A DNA stretch of 63,513 bases, counting the filler, from Reclinomonas americana ATCC 50394 (lineage: Eukaryota), in assembly GCA_048213135.1 (NCBI GenBank). It is 21 parts of 21 records of this genome, joined end to end, with 100 filler letters (N's around TTAATTAATTAA, not from the genome) between each part and the next. Parts side by side here need not be neighbours in the genome. Positions count along the whole stretch, not along the records: positions 29,605 to 41,713 come from AFZH01023701.1; positions 41,814 to 43,858 come from AFZH01023702.1; positions 43,959 to 45,336 come from AFZH01023703.1; positions 45,437 to 47,094 come from AFZH01023704.1; positions 47,195 to 49,416 come from AFZH01023705.1; positions 49,517 to 55,280 come from AFZH01023706.1; 15 more parts are not named here. The stretch is one strand, 5' to 3'. Positions 40,513-53,672 of the stretch are shown one piece after another (within the stretch, counting starts at the first letter, position 1; each line of letters opens with the position of its first letter). The notes below the pieces were generated by a model, which had not been told where the DNA came from, did no database searches, and worked only from the letters and a program-made list of their open reading frames with translations. Position numbers and translations under genes: made by a program.

Positions 40513-40862
40513 CGAAAACAAGTAATGCAGGGGGAAAAACAGAATTCTTCAATGTGTACAACGAACGACTCACTCCGCGCCGTCTTCTGCGAACAAACGA
40601 GTGAATCGGGGGCTGCCAGAAAGAGGAGTGAAGTATAACAACACGCAAACCATCCAGCACCACCCACAGGTGCTCGCCGTCGGCTACCGCCTCCCGCACG
40701 ACGCCATTCAGGTCTATTTCGTCGCCGTTTTCTCGTTGCAGCGCTCGGGGCATGCCTGGTCGAGGAGGGGAGGGGGGAGGGGAGGAGAACATGAGAAGCT
40801 GTCCCGTCTGTCTTCCGTAGATGCGAGAGAGAGAGACAGAAAGGGCGGAGAGGGAGCAGAGA

Positions 40863-40901
<39 letters not shown>

Positions 40902-41627
40902 CCCACTCTTTATTCGCCTCCTCGTTCTGCCTCTCCGTCTTTCTCTCGCTAGTGAACGGCAGTGCGTGAGAGAATGACGGAGAGAGAGAGAGAAGGAGAG
41001 TCGACGGCAGCTCTCTCTTTCCCTCTGGTGGAGAACCGTGTGCACGAGACAGGCAATTGAGAGAGGAAGGGCAGCGAGACGGGAAGGAGAGACTCGTTGC
41101 TTTCTTCCTCTCTTTTCCTCTCGTTTCCTCTCGTTTCCGCAATCTCATTCCTTCTATCTCACTTCATCTCTCTCTCTTTCATTCTGTGGAAGAGGACAGT
41201 GTGCGAGAGAAGAGAATGAAGAGAGAAAGGACAAGAGGAAGAGAACGAGAGACTCTCTTCTTCTGTTGTCTCTCATGTCGTGAATCACCTCTCCCTCTCT
41301 CCCTCTCTGTCTCTGGTAAGCACAGCGTGTGAGAGAAAGAGAATGGAGAAAAGGACAGTGAGAATAGAACGAGACTCGCACTCTTCTTCTGTTGTCTTTC
41401 CTGTCGTTCATCCACCTCTCCCTCACTCCCTCTCTGTCTCTGTATGCACAGCGTGTGAGAGAAAGAGATTGGAGTGAGCAAGGGCAGTGAGAATGGAAGG
41501 AGACTCTCTCTCTCTCTCTCTATCGTCTGTACGTTCACCTCTTTCTCTTGCTGTCTCTCCTTCTATCTCTGGAAGAGGACTAGTTTGTGAGAGAAGAGAA
41601 GGGAATGCGAAGGGCGGTGAGAATGGA

Positions 41628-41713
<86 letters not shown>

Positions 41714-42356
41714 NNNNNNNNNNNNNNNNNNNNNNNNNNNNNNNNNNNNNNNNNNNNTTAATTAATTAANNNNNNNNNNNNNNNNNNNNNNNNNNNNNNN
41801 NNNNNNNNNNNNNAACTAAAAATGATCGGAGTAAAGACTCCGATGGACAAAGTGAAGCCCGCAAACCAAGCGGGCCCATACACAGCGAATGCATGGTTCG
41901 CGCAACTCCGATCATTGTACGGCAGCGGTGGTGGTGTTGGTGGTGGCAACTTCATCAGACCGGCGGTGAGCTTCGAATTCGTTCCCAGCCGAAGCGAATT
42001 CGAATTCGAATCACAGCTGCAGGTGCAACTGGGATACAGCTATGCTAATTCCTGTAGCACTATGATCTCCTATTGTGCGTGAACGCGAAATCGAGACAAC
42101 TGCAGCTGCAGCTTCAAGTGCCTTGCGCATGCATGCCGAATTCGAATTCGATTTCGAATTTGAATGCAGGCGCTGCTGCACGAGGAAACCCGTTGCAAAG
42201 ACCGCCAATGGAGCGCCTCATTTGCAGTGTGTATCCCCACCGTCGCCGCGAAGACGACAACCTTGGAAACAGCTTCGTTTACAGTTTGTCCGACCGCGAG
42301 CACTCCCGGTTTGTCACCGCAAACCCCTTTTTTTCTTGGCCTTTTTAGAGAGAAGA

Positions 42357-42887
42357 ATGGAGTTGATGGTGAAGCGTCTGTCGGCAACCGCCACCCTGCC
42401 CACCCGGGCCTCAGAGCTCGCAGCTGGCTACGATCTGTCAAGGTTTGCTCAATCTGTCTCTCACTCACACGCACTTTCATCACTCACCTCTCCCTCTCTC
42501 CCTCTCTCACGCAGCGCGGAGGAGTCGGTGGTCCCCGCGCGCGGCCGCGCACTGATCAAGACCGACTTGGCGATCGCCGTGCCTCTGGGCCACTACGGGC
42601 GAGTGGCACCGCGCTCGGGCTTGACATGGAAGAATGGACTCGACACGGGCGCTGGCGTCATCGACGCCGACTACCGTGGCAATGTCGGTGTGATCCTGTT
42701 CAACCACTCGGATCAGGATTTCGCAGTGCATGTGGGCGATCGCATCGCGCAGTTGATCATTGAGCGAATTTCCACGCCACAAGTGCTGGAGACTCTCGGC
42801 GATCTGCCAGACACGGTGCGCGGGGAGGGCGGCTTTGGATCGACGGGAGTTGGCTCCGCGTCGTCTGCTGCTGCTGGCGTGCAGTGA
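42357..42887 (+). CDS. DUT: dUTP diphosphatase, 2 exons
   Basis: [31 protein letters not shown] and [10 protein letters not shown] motifs. Confidence 0.97.
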   Translation: MELMVKRLSATATLPTRASELAAGYDLSRFAQSVSHSHALSSLTSPSLPLSRSAEESVVPARGRALIKTDLAIAVPLGHYGRVAPRSGLTWKNGLDTGAGVIDADYRGNVGVILFNHSDQDFAVHVGDRIAQLIIERISTPQVLETLGDLPDTVRGEGGFGSTGVGSASSAAAGVQ

Positions 42888-42975
42888 GTTGTGGAGGGAT
42901 AGATGGGTTATTGATTGAGGATTGTTGTTACTTGTACATCTGTGACGTGCGATTTGCTACTCCCACGCATCATCA

Positions 42976-43650
42976 TCACTTGGCAGTCGCTTCAGCAGGG
43001 GCGCGCGCTCGCCGTGGCGAGTGGCGCCGTTTCAACAGGAATACACCGTCCGGCCGCGAGAAGATGCCGTGACGGTCGGCACACTCAAAGTACTGCACGC
43101 CATTCACCGAGCCGTCATTGCGGCCGTCTGGGTCGGGAGGGTGTGGGTGAGAAAAAGACCCAAGACTGCCATCAGCATCTCGCAAAGCCATTCGCTTTGT
43201 TGTTACAAAGACAGAAATCCACGCACCACAGAGACACTATCTCCTTTCTTCTCCTCCACTGCGTGAACACAGAAACACAATCTCCTTCCTCACCCACAGC
43301 GAGCACTCAAACCCCATCTGACCACTTAACCACAAGCCACGCCCACTTGCACAATCTCCTTCTTCTCAACGTGCAAACAAAGCCATCCGAACAAAGCGTC
43401 GAAACAAGCCTCTTTCCGCCACAATATCATCCTTCTATCCATTCTCCTTCCCCACTTTCCGCACTCACCGGGGTGCACCAACTCAATTCCAATCCACAGA
43501 CCCTCCGAAAACGCCGGCTCTCCCACATAGCGCACCGTGCCAGGCAAACGCATAGTGGTCACCTCTACACGCTCGCCAATCTCCGGCAAGCGCTTCGGCT
43601 TTGGCGGCGACTGCGGTGACGGCGGTGACGCAGCTTGCTCGGCATCCTGT
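42976..43650 (-). CDS. CAP-Gly domain exons (C-terminal end of a protein)
   Basis: IGERVEV..GTVRYVGEPAFSEGLWIGIEL..DGRNDGSVNGVQYFEC..HGIF. Confidence 0.9.
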
Positions 43651-43958
43651 TGATGAATGTCAGCGGGCATATACACACACACAGCAACTCTCCCTTTGCT
43701 CCGCACGCAACGACTTGCTGTACGGGATCGTACGGCTGCAACACACGAGCCAGCTTCTCGTATTGGTGAGTCCGTGCCAAGACGGCGAGTTGCGCGAGTG
43801 CATTCTCCTGCCACCCACCAGTCTGTGAGACAAATGCCCACCCTCACACAATAAGCATNNNNNNNNNNNNNNNNNNNNNNNNNNNNNNNNNNNNNNNNNN
43901 NNTTAATTAATTAANNNNNNNNNNNNNNNNNNNNNNNNNNNNNNNNNNNNNNNNNNNN

Positions 43959-46900
43959 GCACTCCAGCACATGCCGAACAAGTTCCGGCGAGAACTCTGG
44001 CTGGTTGGCGTACTCTGACAGCTTGTTGATTGTGCTCGGCGTCAGTCGGTCCATGTCGTAAATCTCCATGACGTGGCGCAAGCGCGGGTCCTGCATTTCG
44101 ATCAACACGCATGTGAGCGCGAGTGATGCACACAAACATACTTGAATCAGCAGACACGACCAAACCTTTAGCGCGGTGCGCACTTCGTCCATGGTCTGCG
44201 GTTTTCCGAGAACCAACATAAGCGCCTTCAGCACGACTTCGATTTCTGGTCTGAACTGCTTCATGTCGCGTAGTTGTCGCAGGTCCGCCGCTTCAGGGAG
44301 CGGGAGAGCTGCTGACGCCTCGTCTCTCGCCAGAACAGCCTGCGACCGTGGTTGAGAACAAGCGACCAGGATTGGTAAACTAAAAAGCGAGCACGCGCAC
44401 ACACCTGCTCCACTTGCAACGAGGCGATTTCGCACTCATCGCGGGCATTGTCGACGGCGCGTTGCAGCCGCACAATGGTCTCCTCCAGCTCGCCCAGTGT
44501 CTGCCAGCGTTGAATGAATAAGCAATCAACAGCGAACTGCGAATCGCTGGCACAAGGATAATAACTCTGTCACTCACTCACTCACTACACACACAAACAC
44601 ACATTTCCAAGGTACTACATAAAATTTCGCCTGTCTCTGTTCGCACCAGTTTCCGATTCTGACACTTGCTCTTTCGTCGTTTTCCCCATCTCCACGGATT
44701 CCAATACAACTTACGCCTACTGCTGTCTTTCCTTACTCCCCTTCCCCTTCCCCATTTCCCCTTTCCCCCTATTACCCCTTCCACCACTCACCATCAAATC
44801 CAGCTCATTCGTGCTCAGTGCCTGCAGAAAACTCGAATCGCTCTCGGAGGTCTTTGGTCGGCGCAGCGGCGCACTCCCAGCCGCCAGCGGCCGCACGTGC
44901 CGCATGCGCTCCTCGGACAGCAACTGCGGTCGATACTGCAGCGGCACTCGCGAGCCACTGCCACCGGCGGCCGCCAACTCCACACCGTCGCTCTGCAGCT
45001 CGCCTTCGGAGGGAAGGGCGGCGACTGCATCCAGCAGCGACTGCGGAATCGCTTGCACGTCACCGTGCCCGAGCTGCTTCGCCTGGCGACTGTTGGGCGG
45101 TGACACGTCACCCCTCGCATCGTCACCAGCCACGTCAACATATTGCAACTGGCGTCCATTGGTGGCGTACGGTGGCGGCTGCCGACCCGAGTTGTCCGGC
45201 GACGACTCAATGCGTTCGACGGCATCGAGAACACGCTGAATGCTGGTCTCGAAATCCACCTCCTGCAATACACGAACACGCACACGCATGAGACAAAGCA
45301 CACAAAAATATCTTCATCAACTCGCCCGCCCGCACCNNNNNNNNNNNNNNNNNNNNNNNNNNNNNNNNNNNNNNNNNNNNTTAATTAATTAANNNNNNNN
45401 NNNNNNNNNNNNNNNNNNNNNNNNNNNNNNNNNNNNCGGTGTGATGGCTACTTGCATTGACGGATCGTCCGGATCTGTGCATCGCCCAAACAGAAGATGA
45501 GCACAGAGCGCACAAAACTCTGCTGCATTTCTCTTGTCTTGCGCACCCGGGATAATGTCCTGCACAGTGGCATACTCGAGCTTCTTGGTGATTTCGTGCA
45601 GACGCCGATGCGCGACATCCAGTCGATCCCTGTAGGGAGTGACAGTGGCCATCAACTCGGCGTGCAGCACCGCGTTGAGCACCCAGCTGCACAGACCCTG
45701 TGCGAGACACGAAAGAGTCGGAATACTGCATGAAGAGATCGAAAACCCTCGAAGTATTGGTTGGCAAACCTGTGCCGCCTTGGAGATCTTGCCGACAGCG
45801 TGCGGCGTGAATGCCGGGTCCTCCGTGTATGTCTTGACACGGCGCAACACTTGCGGCGTCAACTGCGTCTCAAAATCGTACTCCAGCAGCTGCTGTCGAA
45901 AGCGCGCCCCCTGCAACGTCTCCTTGGCGGCGTCAACCGTCTCAGGCCGGCCCAACAATACCATCACCGCTTTCAACACCTACACGTCGACCAAAGGGTT
46001 CAGAAAATGTGTGTCGATTCGCAGATCACCACCCGAACTGCCACGCAACATTCTCGACGAGTGGCGGTGCGTGCGAAAAGTAGCGCAATTGATTAATATC
46101 GGAGAGTGCCACACTCGACAGCGACAGCAGCGAGGATTCGACCAGCGGCGCCACTCCTTCGTACTCCTTCTCAGCTAACCGCACGGCCTCCAGCGCTTGA
46201 TCACGCTCCAGCAGCAGGCGACTAATGTCACTCCGACGACGCTGTACCGGGCGCAGTGAGCAAGCCAAACGCAGACGAAAAAATACATTCTCATGCGCAC
46301 ACACAGACACACCTTGGTGGAGAGTGGCGTCGTCGGCGGCACATCGACATGTAACCTCCGACTGACGCGATCCAGTCCCTCTTGTGCCAGGCGCGCCAGT
46401 TGCCGCACCGGATCGAGGCGGTGCGTCATCAACCCAAACTTCTCCATACTCGAGGCCCACTGGAACAGGCCAACAGCGGGCGGACACGTGGCCTCCACCG
46501 TCTTCCCAACGCGCACATGAGGAAAAAAAGGCACACATTGCACATTCCTCGCCAAAAAAACTCACCTGTAACCGAAACTCGGGACGCTTCGTGTACTCGG
46601 CCGCCTGGATGAGCATGGTGGGCGAGATGGTGCCACGATTAAAGTAAATCAGCTGTCGCAGACAGCTGGACTCCTTCAGCCACACTCGTGCCGCACTCAG
46701 CGTCGGTGGCTGGCAGAGGAACACCATGATGACTTTGAGTACGGTCTCCACCTGACGTCGCCATTCGGTGAGTGATTGGGAAGACCATAGGATCACATGC
46801 ACTATACACACCGGCGACGAAAGGAGCGGCAGAGAGCGCAGCTTGTGCACATCTTGCATGGAGAGCGCAGAGATGCCGGCCAGGTAGCGGTTGAGAGCGG

Positions 46901-47094
46901 GACCGCTCTTGCGCAGCGCACCGTCGGCCGCATCGCGGATGCGCACAAGACGTCGCTGCAGCGCCGTCAATTCCTCCTCTCCAAGTCGATCCAGCGCCGC
47001 CTCGCTGACCTCCGACTCGCGCAGACGCATCTCGTTGACATCGTCGTCGGGAGGTGTGATCCAAATGGTGCCGCGCTGCTGACGCGCAGCCGCT
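43959..47094 (-). CDS. Protein with three dynein stalk/microtubule-binding (MTBD)-like repeats, multi-exon, spans linkers
   Basis: Three units such as DINQLRYFSHAPPLVENVLKAVMVLLG..F..QLLEYD..PAFTPHAVGKISKAAQGLCSWV..V.P. No AAA motifs between units. Confidence 0.75.
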
Positions 47095-47194
47095 NNNNNN
47101 NNNNNNNNNNNNNNNNNNNNNNNNNNNNNNNNNNNNNNTTAATTAATTAANNNNNNNNNNNNNNNNNNNNNNNNNNNNNNNNNNNNNNNNNNNN

Positions 47195-48796
47195 CTCCAT
47201 CTCCGTCGGCTTCATCGGCTACCCCAATGTCGGCAAGAGCTCCATCATCAACACTCTGGTCAAGAAGCGTGCCTGCTCCGTGGCACCCATTCCCGGTCAG
47301 ACCAAGGTGAGCAGTTGCCAGTGCCATTATTTCTCGCTCTTCCCTTCGTCCCCTCTGACTTTTTTTCCTTTTTCATTCCCAGATCTGGCAGTACGTGTCG
47401 CTCTTTGGCCGCGTGTACCTGATCGATTGCCCCGGTGTGGTGCATCCGAGTGCCGACTCGTCTGACTCGGACTGCGTGCTGCGCTCGGTCGTGCGTGTGG
47501 AGGACCTTGCGGAGCCGGAGCAATACGTGGAGGATGTGATGCGCCGTGTGCAACCGCAGCATTTGAAGCGCACGTACGGCATTGCGGACTACACCGACCA
47601 CGTTGACTTCCTCGAGCAGTACGCCGTGCAATCAGGACGCCTGCTGAAGGCGGGCGAGCCAGACGTGCCGACGGCTGCCAAGATGATGCTGTACGACTGG
47701 CAGCGCGGTCGTCTGCCGTGGTTTGTGCCGCCGCCCAAGCGCGAGGGTGACGAGGCTTTCGCCACGGCCGGTGCCGACGGGGATGATGGCGAGGTGGAGT
47801 ACGACGAGGACGGCAAGCGAATCAAGGGCACCAAGAAGCGCACGACACGGACCAAGGACGGCGAGGCGATTCTGCCGCAGCTGCGACAGAACTTTGCGGG
47901 TCTGCGGCCGATGGCGGCCATGGAGAACGAGGTCGATCCCGATCCGGAGGATGCGGACGAGGGGTGAGTGTGTGTGTGTGTGCGTGTGCTTGCGTCGATC
48001 GAGTCCAGTTGTGATGCTGACGTGCCTCCGTGTGCGTGCCAGTGATGACCTCATTGACTCGGCCAAGGACGAGAGCATGTACGAGGCGGTGATGAGCGAG
48101 GCCCCGGTGGAGGGCTTGTTGGAGGATGCCACGAGGCGAGGAGTGGAAGAGCGACTTCAGCGCGGCGAAGAGGAGGACGAGGACGCAGAAGAGGAAGACG
48201 AGGAGGAGGAGGAGGAGGAGGATGAGAAAGAACAGGGCAGCCGGAGATCGAACAAGAAGAAGGAGGTGCCAATGGCGGTGGAGGATGAGGAGGCGGAGGA
48301 CTCGGAGAGCGACGTGGAGTGGGACGCTGTCATGCGCAGCGCTGCAGCGCTGTCCGACGGCGCACCGTTGCCAGGAGCTAGCTTCGTGCAGAATGGCTCT
48401 GAGCATCATGCGGCAGACCACCACGATGACGATGACGACGACGAGGCGGAGGAGATGGAGGCCGACTTGGTGGAGCGCGATGAGGCGCGATCCGCTCGCC
48501 GCGCCCGTGCCACCCCCGCAGAGGCCAAGATGGAGGCCAAGAAGCAGCGTCGACGCATGCGCAAGGGCATTAAGCGCGAGCTGGCGCGTATCGAGGAGGC
48601 TGAAGAAGACGAGGAAGACGACGAAGAGGCTGCAGTGGTGGAAGTGGAGGAGCCGAAGGCAAAAACAACGCCCAAGTCGAAGCAGAAGAAGTCCACCGGT
48701 GGCAAGAAGGCCACTGCCAACGCGGCAGCGGCCAGCGGCAGCGGCAAGAAGCGACGAAAGATTGGGGCTGCCAAGTTTGTTGTGACGTCGGAGTAA
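47195..48796 (+). CDS. GNL2: Nucleolar GTP-binding protein 2, C-terminal part
   Basis: [42 protein letters not shown] and [13 protein letters not shown], followed by an acidic/basic tail. Confidence 0.93.
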
Positions 48797-48853
48797 ACGT
48801 TTGTCCTCCCGCATTTTTCCGCCGAAAGACAAGGACAACAGAGAGGGTTTGCC

Positions 48854-49227
48854 ATGAGTGAGGCCGCAGGATCAACAGATTACACAGTGGAGGAGCTGCG
48901 CGGGGACTTGGAAGAAGGTGCCACTTGCCTCTGTGAGAGAGTGTGAGCGTGTGTTGTTGTTGTCTCACTCTCAACACAAACAGCATTGGGTTACATCAAA
49001 AGTCGCGAGTATCGCGATGCTGCAGACACATTCCAGTCTCTCATTGTGCTCTCGTTGCGTACATGTGAGAAAGAAAGAGAGAGAGGAGCAAAGTTCTCAT
49101 TGCTTCTCTCACAGCAAGGATCTCTTTGGTGATGAGGAGAGTGTGCATCTGGCGGAGCTGTACTATGGATATGCGAATGCGACCATGCTGGAGGCGGAGA
49201 ACTCGGAGACTGCGCTGTGGACGGGAG
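48854..49227 (+). CDS. NASP/Hif1-like SHNi-TPR histone chaperone, first three exons
   Basis: ALGYIKSREYRDAADTFQSLIVLSKDLFGDEESVHLAELYYGYANATMLEA resembles NASP TPR1-2. Confidence 0.6.
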
Positions 49228-49321
49228 GTTGAGTGTGCAACACAAAGAGAAGAGAGAGAGAGAAAGAGAGAGAGAAAGAAAAGAGAGAGAGGGAGAGAGA
49301 GAGAGAGAGAGGAGGAGAGAG

Positions 49322-49401
<80 letters not shown>

Positions 49402-49516
49402 GACGTACGTACGTACNNNNNNNNNNNNNNNNNNNNNNNNNNNNNNNNNNNNNNNNNNNNTTAATTAATTAANNNNNNNNNNNNNNNNNNNNNNNNNNNN
49501 NNNNNNNNNNNNNNNN

Positions 49517-52500
49517 ATCGTGGGTGTCGGTCTCACCAACACCACCGACGTGCATGTGGTGGCACCGGGTGCGACGTGCGCCGCCGGAGCCATCGACATG
49601 GACGTGAAAATCACACTCGGCACAGTCACCGACGGCAAGGTCACGGTGACGGCCACTTCTGTGGCTCCCAACGCCGGCTACACGTTGTGCATTGGCCTGT
49701 ACGGCAACGCTGGCGGCCCGGTTCCGGTCACTGGCGGCACCCTCACGGTGCAGGGTCCGAATGCGGCGACTCCGCTGCAACCCAACACATTCGACACGAA
49801 TCAGCCACTGGCACCGATGACGTTTACTGGTTTCGGTGTGGATGGTGGCGAGCAATTCAAGTTTGTGCCACCAGGCTCCGATTGTGCCGCCACAGCACAG
49901 CCGGCGTACATTGCGTCGAACTTGGGCGCACACACTGCCACGACACTGGTGGTGAACACGCAGAGCACGACTCCCGGCCCCTTCGACACGTGCATCCTCT
50001 TTGCCGGCACCACCCACTGGTTCTCCGCCGGGACCGTCAGCTTCCGCGGCTCCTCTGCCGTGACGCCGTTGGCTCTGGGCATCACGGCGGCCCAGCAGAT
50101 CACGATCAGCGGCTACGGTTTCAGCACCGGCGACGCCGTCAAGGTCATTGCCACGGGAGGCACCAACAGCTGCGCTGCGACGCCGCAATCGGCGAATGTG
50201 CCAGTGACCAACGTGAATGTGGTCAATGCATCGCGCCTGCTGGCCACGCTCACTCCGTCGGCCGTCGGTCAGTACCAGGTGTGTGTCGCGTTCTCGGCGA
50301 CACCCACAGTGTTTGTGGCGGTGCCGAATGGACAGATTGGTGTATTCAGTTGCGGCGTTGCTCGAAATCACCGTGGTGTCTCGCACATTTCTCATTAATC
50401 CGCCCCGTGCACAGACGCCGTCACCTACGGCATCTATCCGAGTCTGCTGGCCACCGACTCAATGAGCACCGTGTACATCAGCGGCCAGAACCTGCAGCCG
50501 AGCAACGAGCTGCGCGTGATTGCGGCCGCCGGCAACTGCCAGGTGGAGGAACCTGTGGAACTGGCGGCGGTGAAGCTCGGCACCGTCACCGGCACTGCAG
50601 CGTTGCTGACTGTGCCTGTGTACACGAACTCTACCACTGTCGACGGCAAGCTGTGCATCAAGTACACGGACGCACCGACATTTGAGCCGGTGACCAACGG
50701 AGCGGTGCAGGTCAGCAACACGGTCGCACCGACGACCACCGGGGTACAGCCGACCACACTACCGCAGTACATTGGCGAGATGGTGACGGTAACGGGCACA
50801 CAACTGAATGCTATTGAGCAGGTGACGCATGAGAGTGTGTGTGTGCATGCGTTAAAGGGCGCGTCGGTACTGACACAAGTGTCTTTGAAGATTATTCCGG
50901 TGGCGGCGGGGACATTGTGCACACAAAAACCGATGCCCACTCCGGCGCCGGCCACCACGTTGACGTCACTGACTGTGGTATCGCCGACGTCGTTGCATGT
51001 GGCTCTCGTCACCACCGGCACAGTTGGTTTCAAGTTGTGCGCGCTGTTCTCTGGCGCGGCGACATTTGCCGACGTGACTGGCAGCACCATTACCGTGCTG
51101 AGTCCCACACTCACCTCGTTTGCGCCGACGTCCATGCCGCCGTCGTTGGAGACGATGGTGATTTTCCAAGGATCCAATCTGCAGCAATTCGGCAATCAGA
51201 TTGTGGCTCTGACGCCGCAGACGAAAACGTGCGTGCCGGGCTCCACCAGCGACGCCAGCATCACCGTAGGCGCCATCACAGTCAACAATGCCTTCAACCA
51301 GCTCTCGGTGCCGCTGACATCGACTGCTCCCAGCAGCACGCAGTATCGCCTGTGCGTGCAATTTGCTGGTGGTGCATTGCAGGATGCCACACCTGCACCC
51401 GTCCTGCTCATCCAAGGTGAGAGTCGAGCGAACGAAAGGAGAAAGTCTTGTCGACTTACAACGCGCTTCCTGCATTGCCAACCTCACAGCGGCCTCGGCA
51501 ACCAGCATGTCACCGAACACCATGGCGGTTGCACAGCCGACGACATTGACAGTGAACGGCGTGGTCTTGAGTGCGAGCAACCTGCTGCGCTTGGTCGACG
51601 CCACCACGGACTGCGCGCAGGAGATGCCGCCGATTCCGGTGAGTTGCCTGGAGTGTGTGTGTGTCTCTCTGTGCAAATCAACTGCGTGCACTTACCCTCC
51701 ATGCACGCAGGGCGTTGTCCTAATGACCAACTTTAACGTGGTCTCGACCTCCCGGCTCACGGTCGACGTGACAGTGACCGCGGCCGGCGACTACAAGATG
51801 TGTATTCTGCTCAGTGGCACCACATACTCCAACGTCCTCAACGGCTTCCTCACTGTCAATGGTGAGCCCGTACCGACGGCGCTTCTGTGTGTTCATTGTT
51901 GAAGGCCAGACTCTCACTCCCTGTGCTCCGTTGTCGCAGGCGGCTCGTTGGGCGGATTCGGCTTCCCGCTTGTCCTCGGTATTGGAGCCACCACTACTTT
52001 TACCATCAACGGATCTAGCCTGGCGGCTCCGGGCACCGTCTTCCGCGTGCTCTCTCCTGGCGCCGCATGCGCCACGGCCCCTTCGCCCGTCAACGACAAT
52101 AGTTTCACCGTCGGTGATATTGCCGGCAGCGCTGATGGTCTCACGCTCACCGTGCCAGTGACTGGCACTATGGCGGGCATGGGCTTCATTCCGTGCATTC
52201 GCATGAGTGGCCAGGCGGCGTTCCAGGCAGTGCCAGGCGGCACGTTCCGCGTCACCAGTTATGAGTTGTCGCCATTTTCCCACCTGCGAAAAGTCGATCG
52301 TTGCTCACTTTATGCCATGCATGCGTGCGTAGCGCCTACGTTGACCTCCATATCGGCTCCGCCAATGGTGGTCGGCGTCTTTAATAATGTGATGCTCACC
52401 GGCGACGCATTGTCGGCATACGAGAAGGTCCTGGTTATCGACGCACCGGCTGCCACAAGCGCTCGCGACGCCCGCATGGTGGCGGCGGAGACATGCGCCA

Positions 52501-53578
52501 CAGCCACGGCAAACTCGAACAATGTTCTCGTCAATCCGGCAACCCTCAACGAATCCAACTACGCTCTTGTGGTGCCGACGAATCCGCTCATGGAGGGCCT
52601 CAATTTTGTTTTTTGTGTCAAGTTCAGTGGCACCGGTGTGTCGCCGACGCCAGAGCCAGTACCCGGCTCGCTCCCCTCCATTGGTCAGTCGCGCGTACCC
52701 AATGTTCATCACTCTCTCTTTCTCCCTCTCACGCATCTCGTTCCTCGGGCACAGTGTCCTCGGCTACGGGCTTTTCACCGCTCCGCATTATTGCTGCAGT
52801 CGGTGTTTCGCAGTACATGAGCGTCGTCGGGCAGGGATTCCGCACCGGTGACGGTGTGGTGATTGTGGAAGGGAATTCGCTCTGCACCGGCCAGCCGACG
52901 AACGCTGACGGTATCACCATTGCGTCGCTAACGGCGTCGGATGATGGGCAATCGTTGGTGTTCAGGGTGACGGCAGATCTGGCGGGCCAGTACACACTGT
53001 GCGTGCGTTTGACGCCGTCGACCTCGTACCACGTGGTACCCGGTGGCACGCTCTCAGTCGTGGCAGTCACCACCGACGGCTTCAACCCCAACACCGTGAT
53101 TATCAACGCGGCCACCACAGTCACCATTGCCGGCAGTGGGTTCTCCGACAACGATCAAGTGCGTGTTGTGCGTTGGATTGACGTTTGCGTCGGAACCAAC
53201 GTGCAGAACGCGGCCGGCGTCGAACTCGGTGCGATCTCACACGACGCAGCGTATGCGGAGACGTACTTTGATATTACGCCGAGCAATGCTGGCGACTACC
53301 GCATCTGCATCTTGTTTGACGGCCTGCCGTCGTACAGTCGCGTCACCGGTGGCAAGCTGACGGTCAACCATTCAGGATGTTGCGTGACAAATGAGAATGG
53401 AGAAGAGGAGTATCGCTGTTGCTGATACGTGTCGTTGTTCGCAGCGGGCGGCATTCATACATGGGCCATTGCTCTCATTGTAATCTTCTCGGGCATTGCC
53501 CTTGCCGGCATTGTGCTGTTGATCGTCGGTTGCAAGCGAGGCTGGTTCACACACCGCGGCAAGTATCGCTCTCTATAA
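49517..53578 (+). CDS. Large type-I membrane protein with IPT/TIG-like Ig repeats, 5' truncated
   Basis: About 100-aa repeats (P..ITISGxGF..D.V.V..C..G.Y..C). Last exon has TM WAIALIVIFSGIALAGIVLLIVGC and a tail ending GKYRSL*. Confidence 0.75.
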
Positions 53579-53672
53579 AATAAACAATCCTACTACCTGT
53601 GTATTCACAACAAAGCAACAAAAAACAACGCGAGCAAAACAAGACGCAAACAGCAAACAATAACACACATAC

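Noticed and set aside
43959..47094. Conventional dynein heavy chain
   Set aside because: The stalk tips are repeated in tandem with no AAA modules in the visible sequence.
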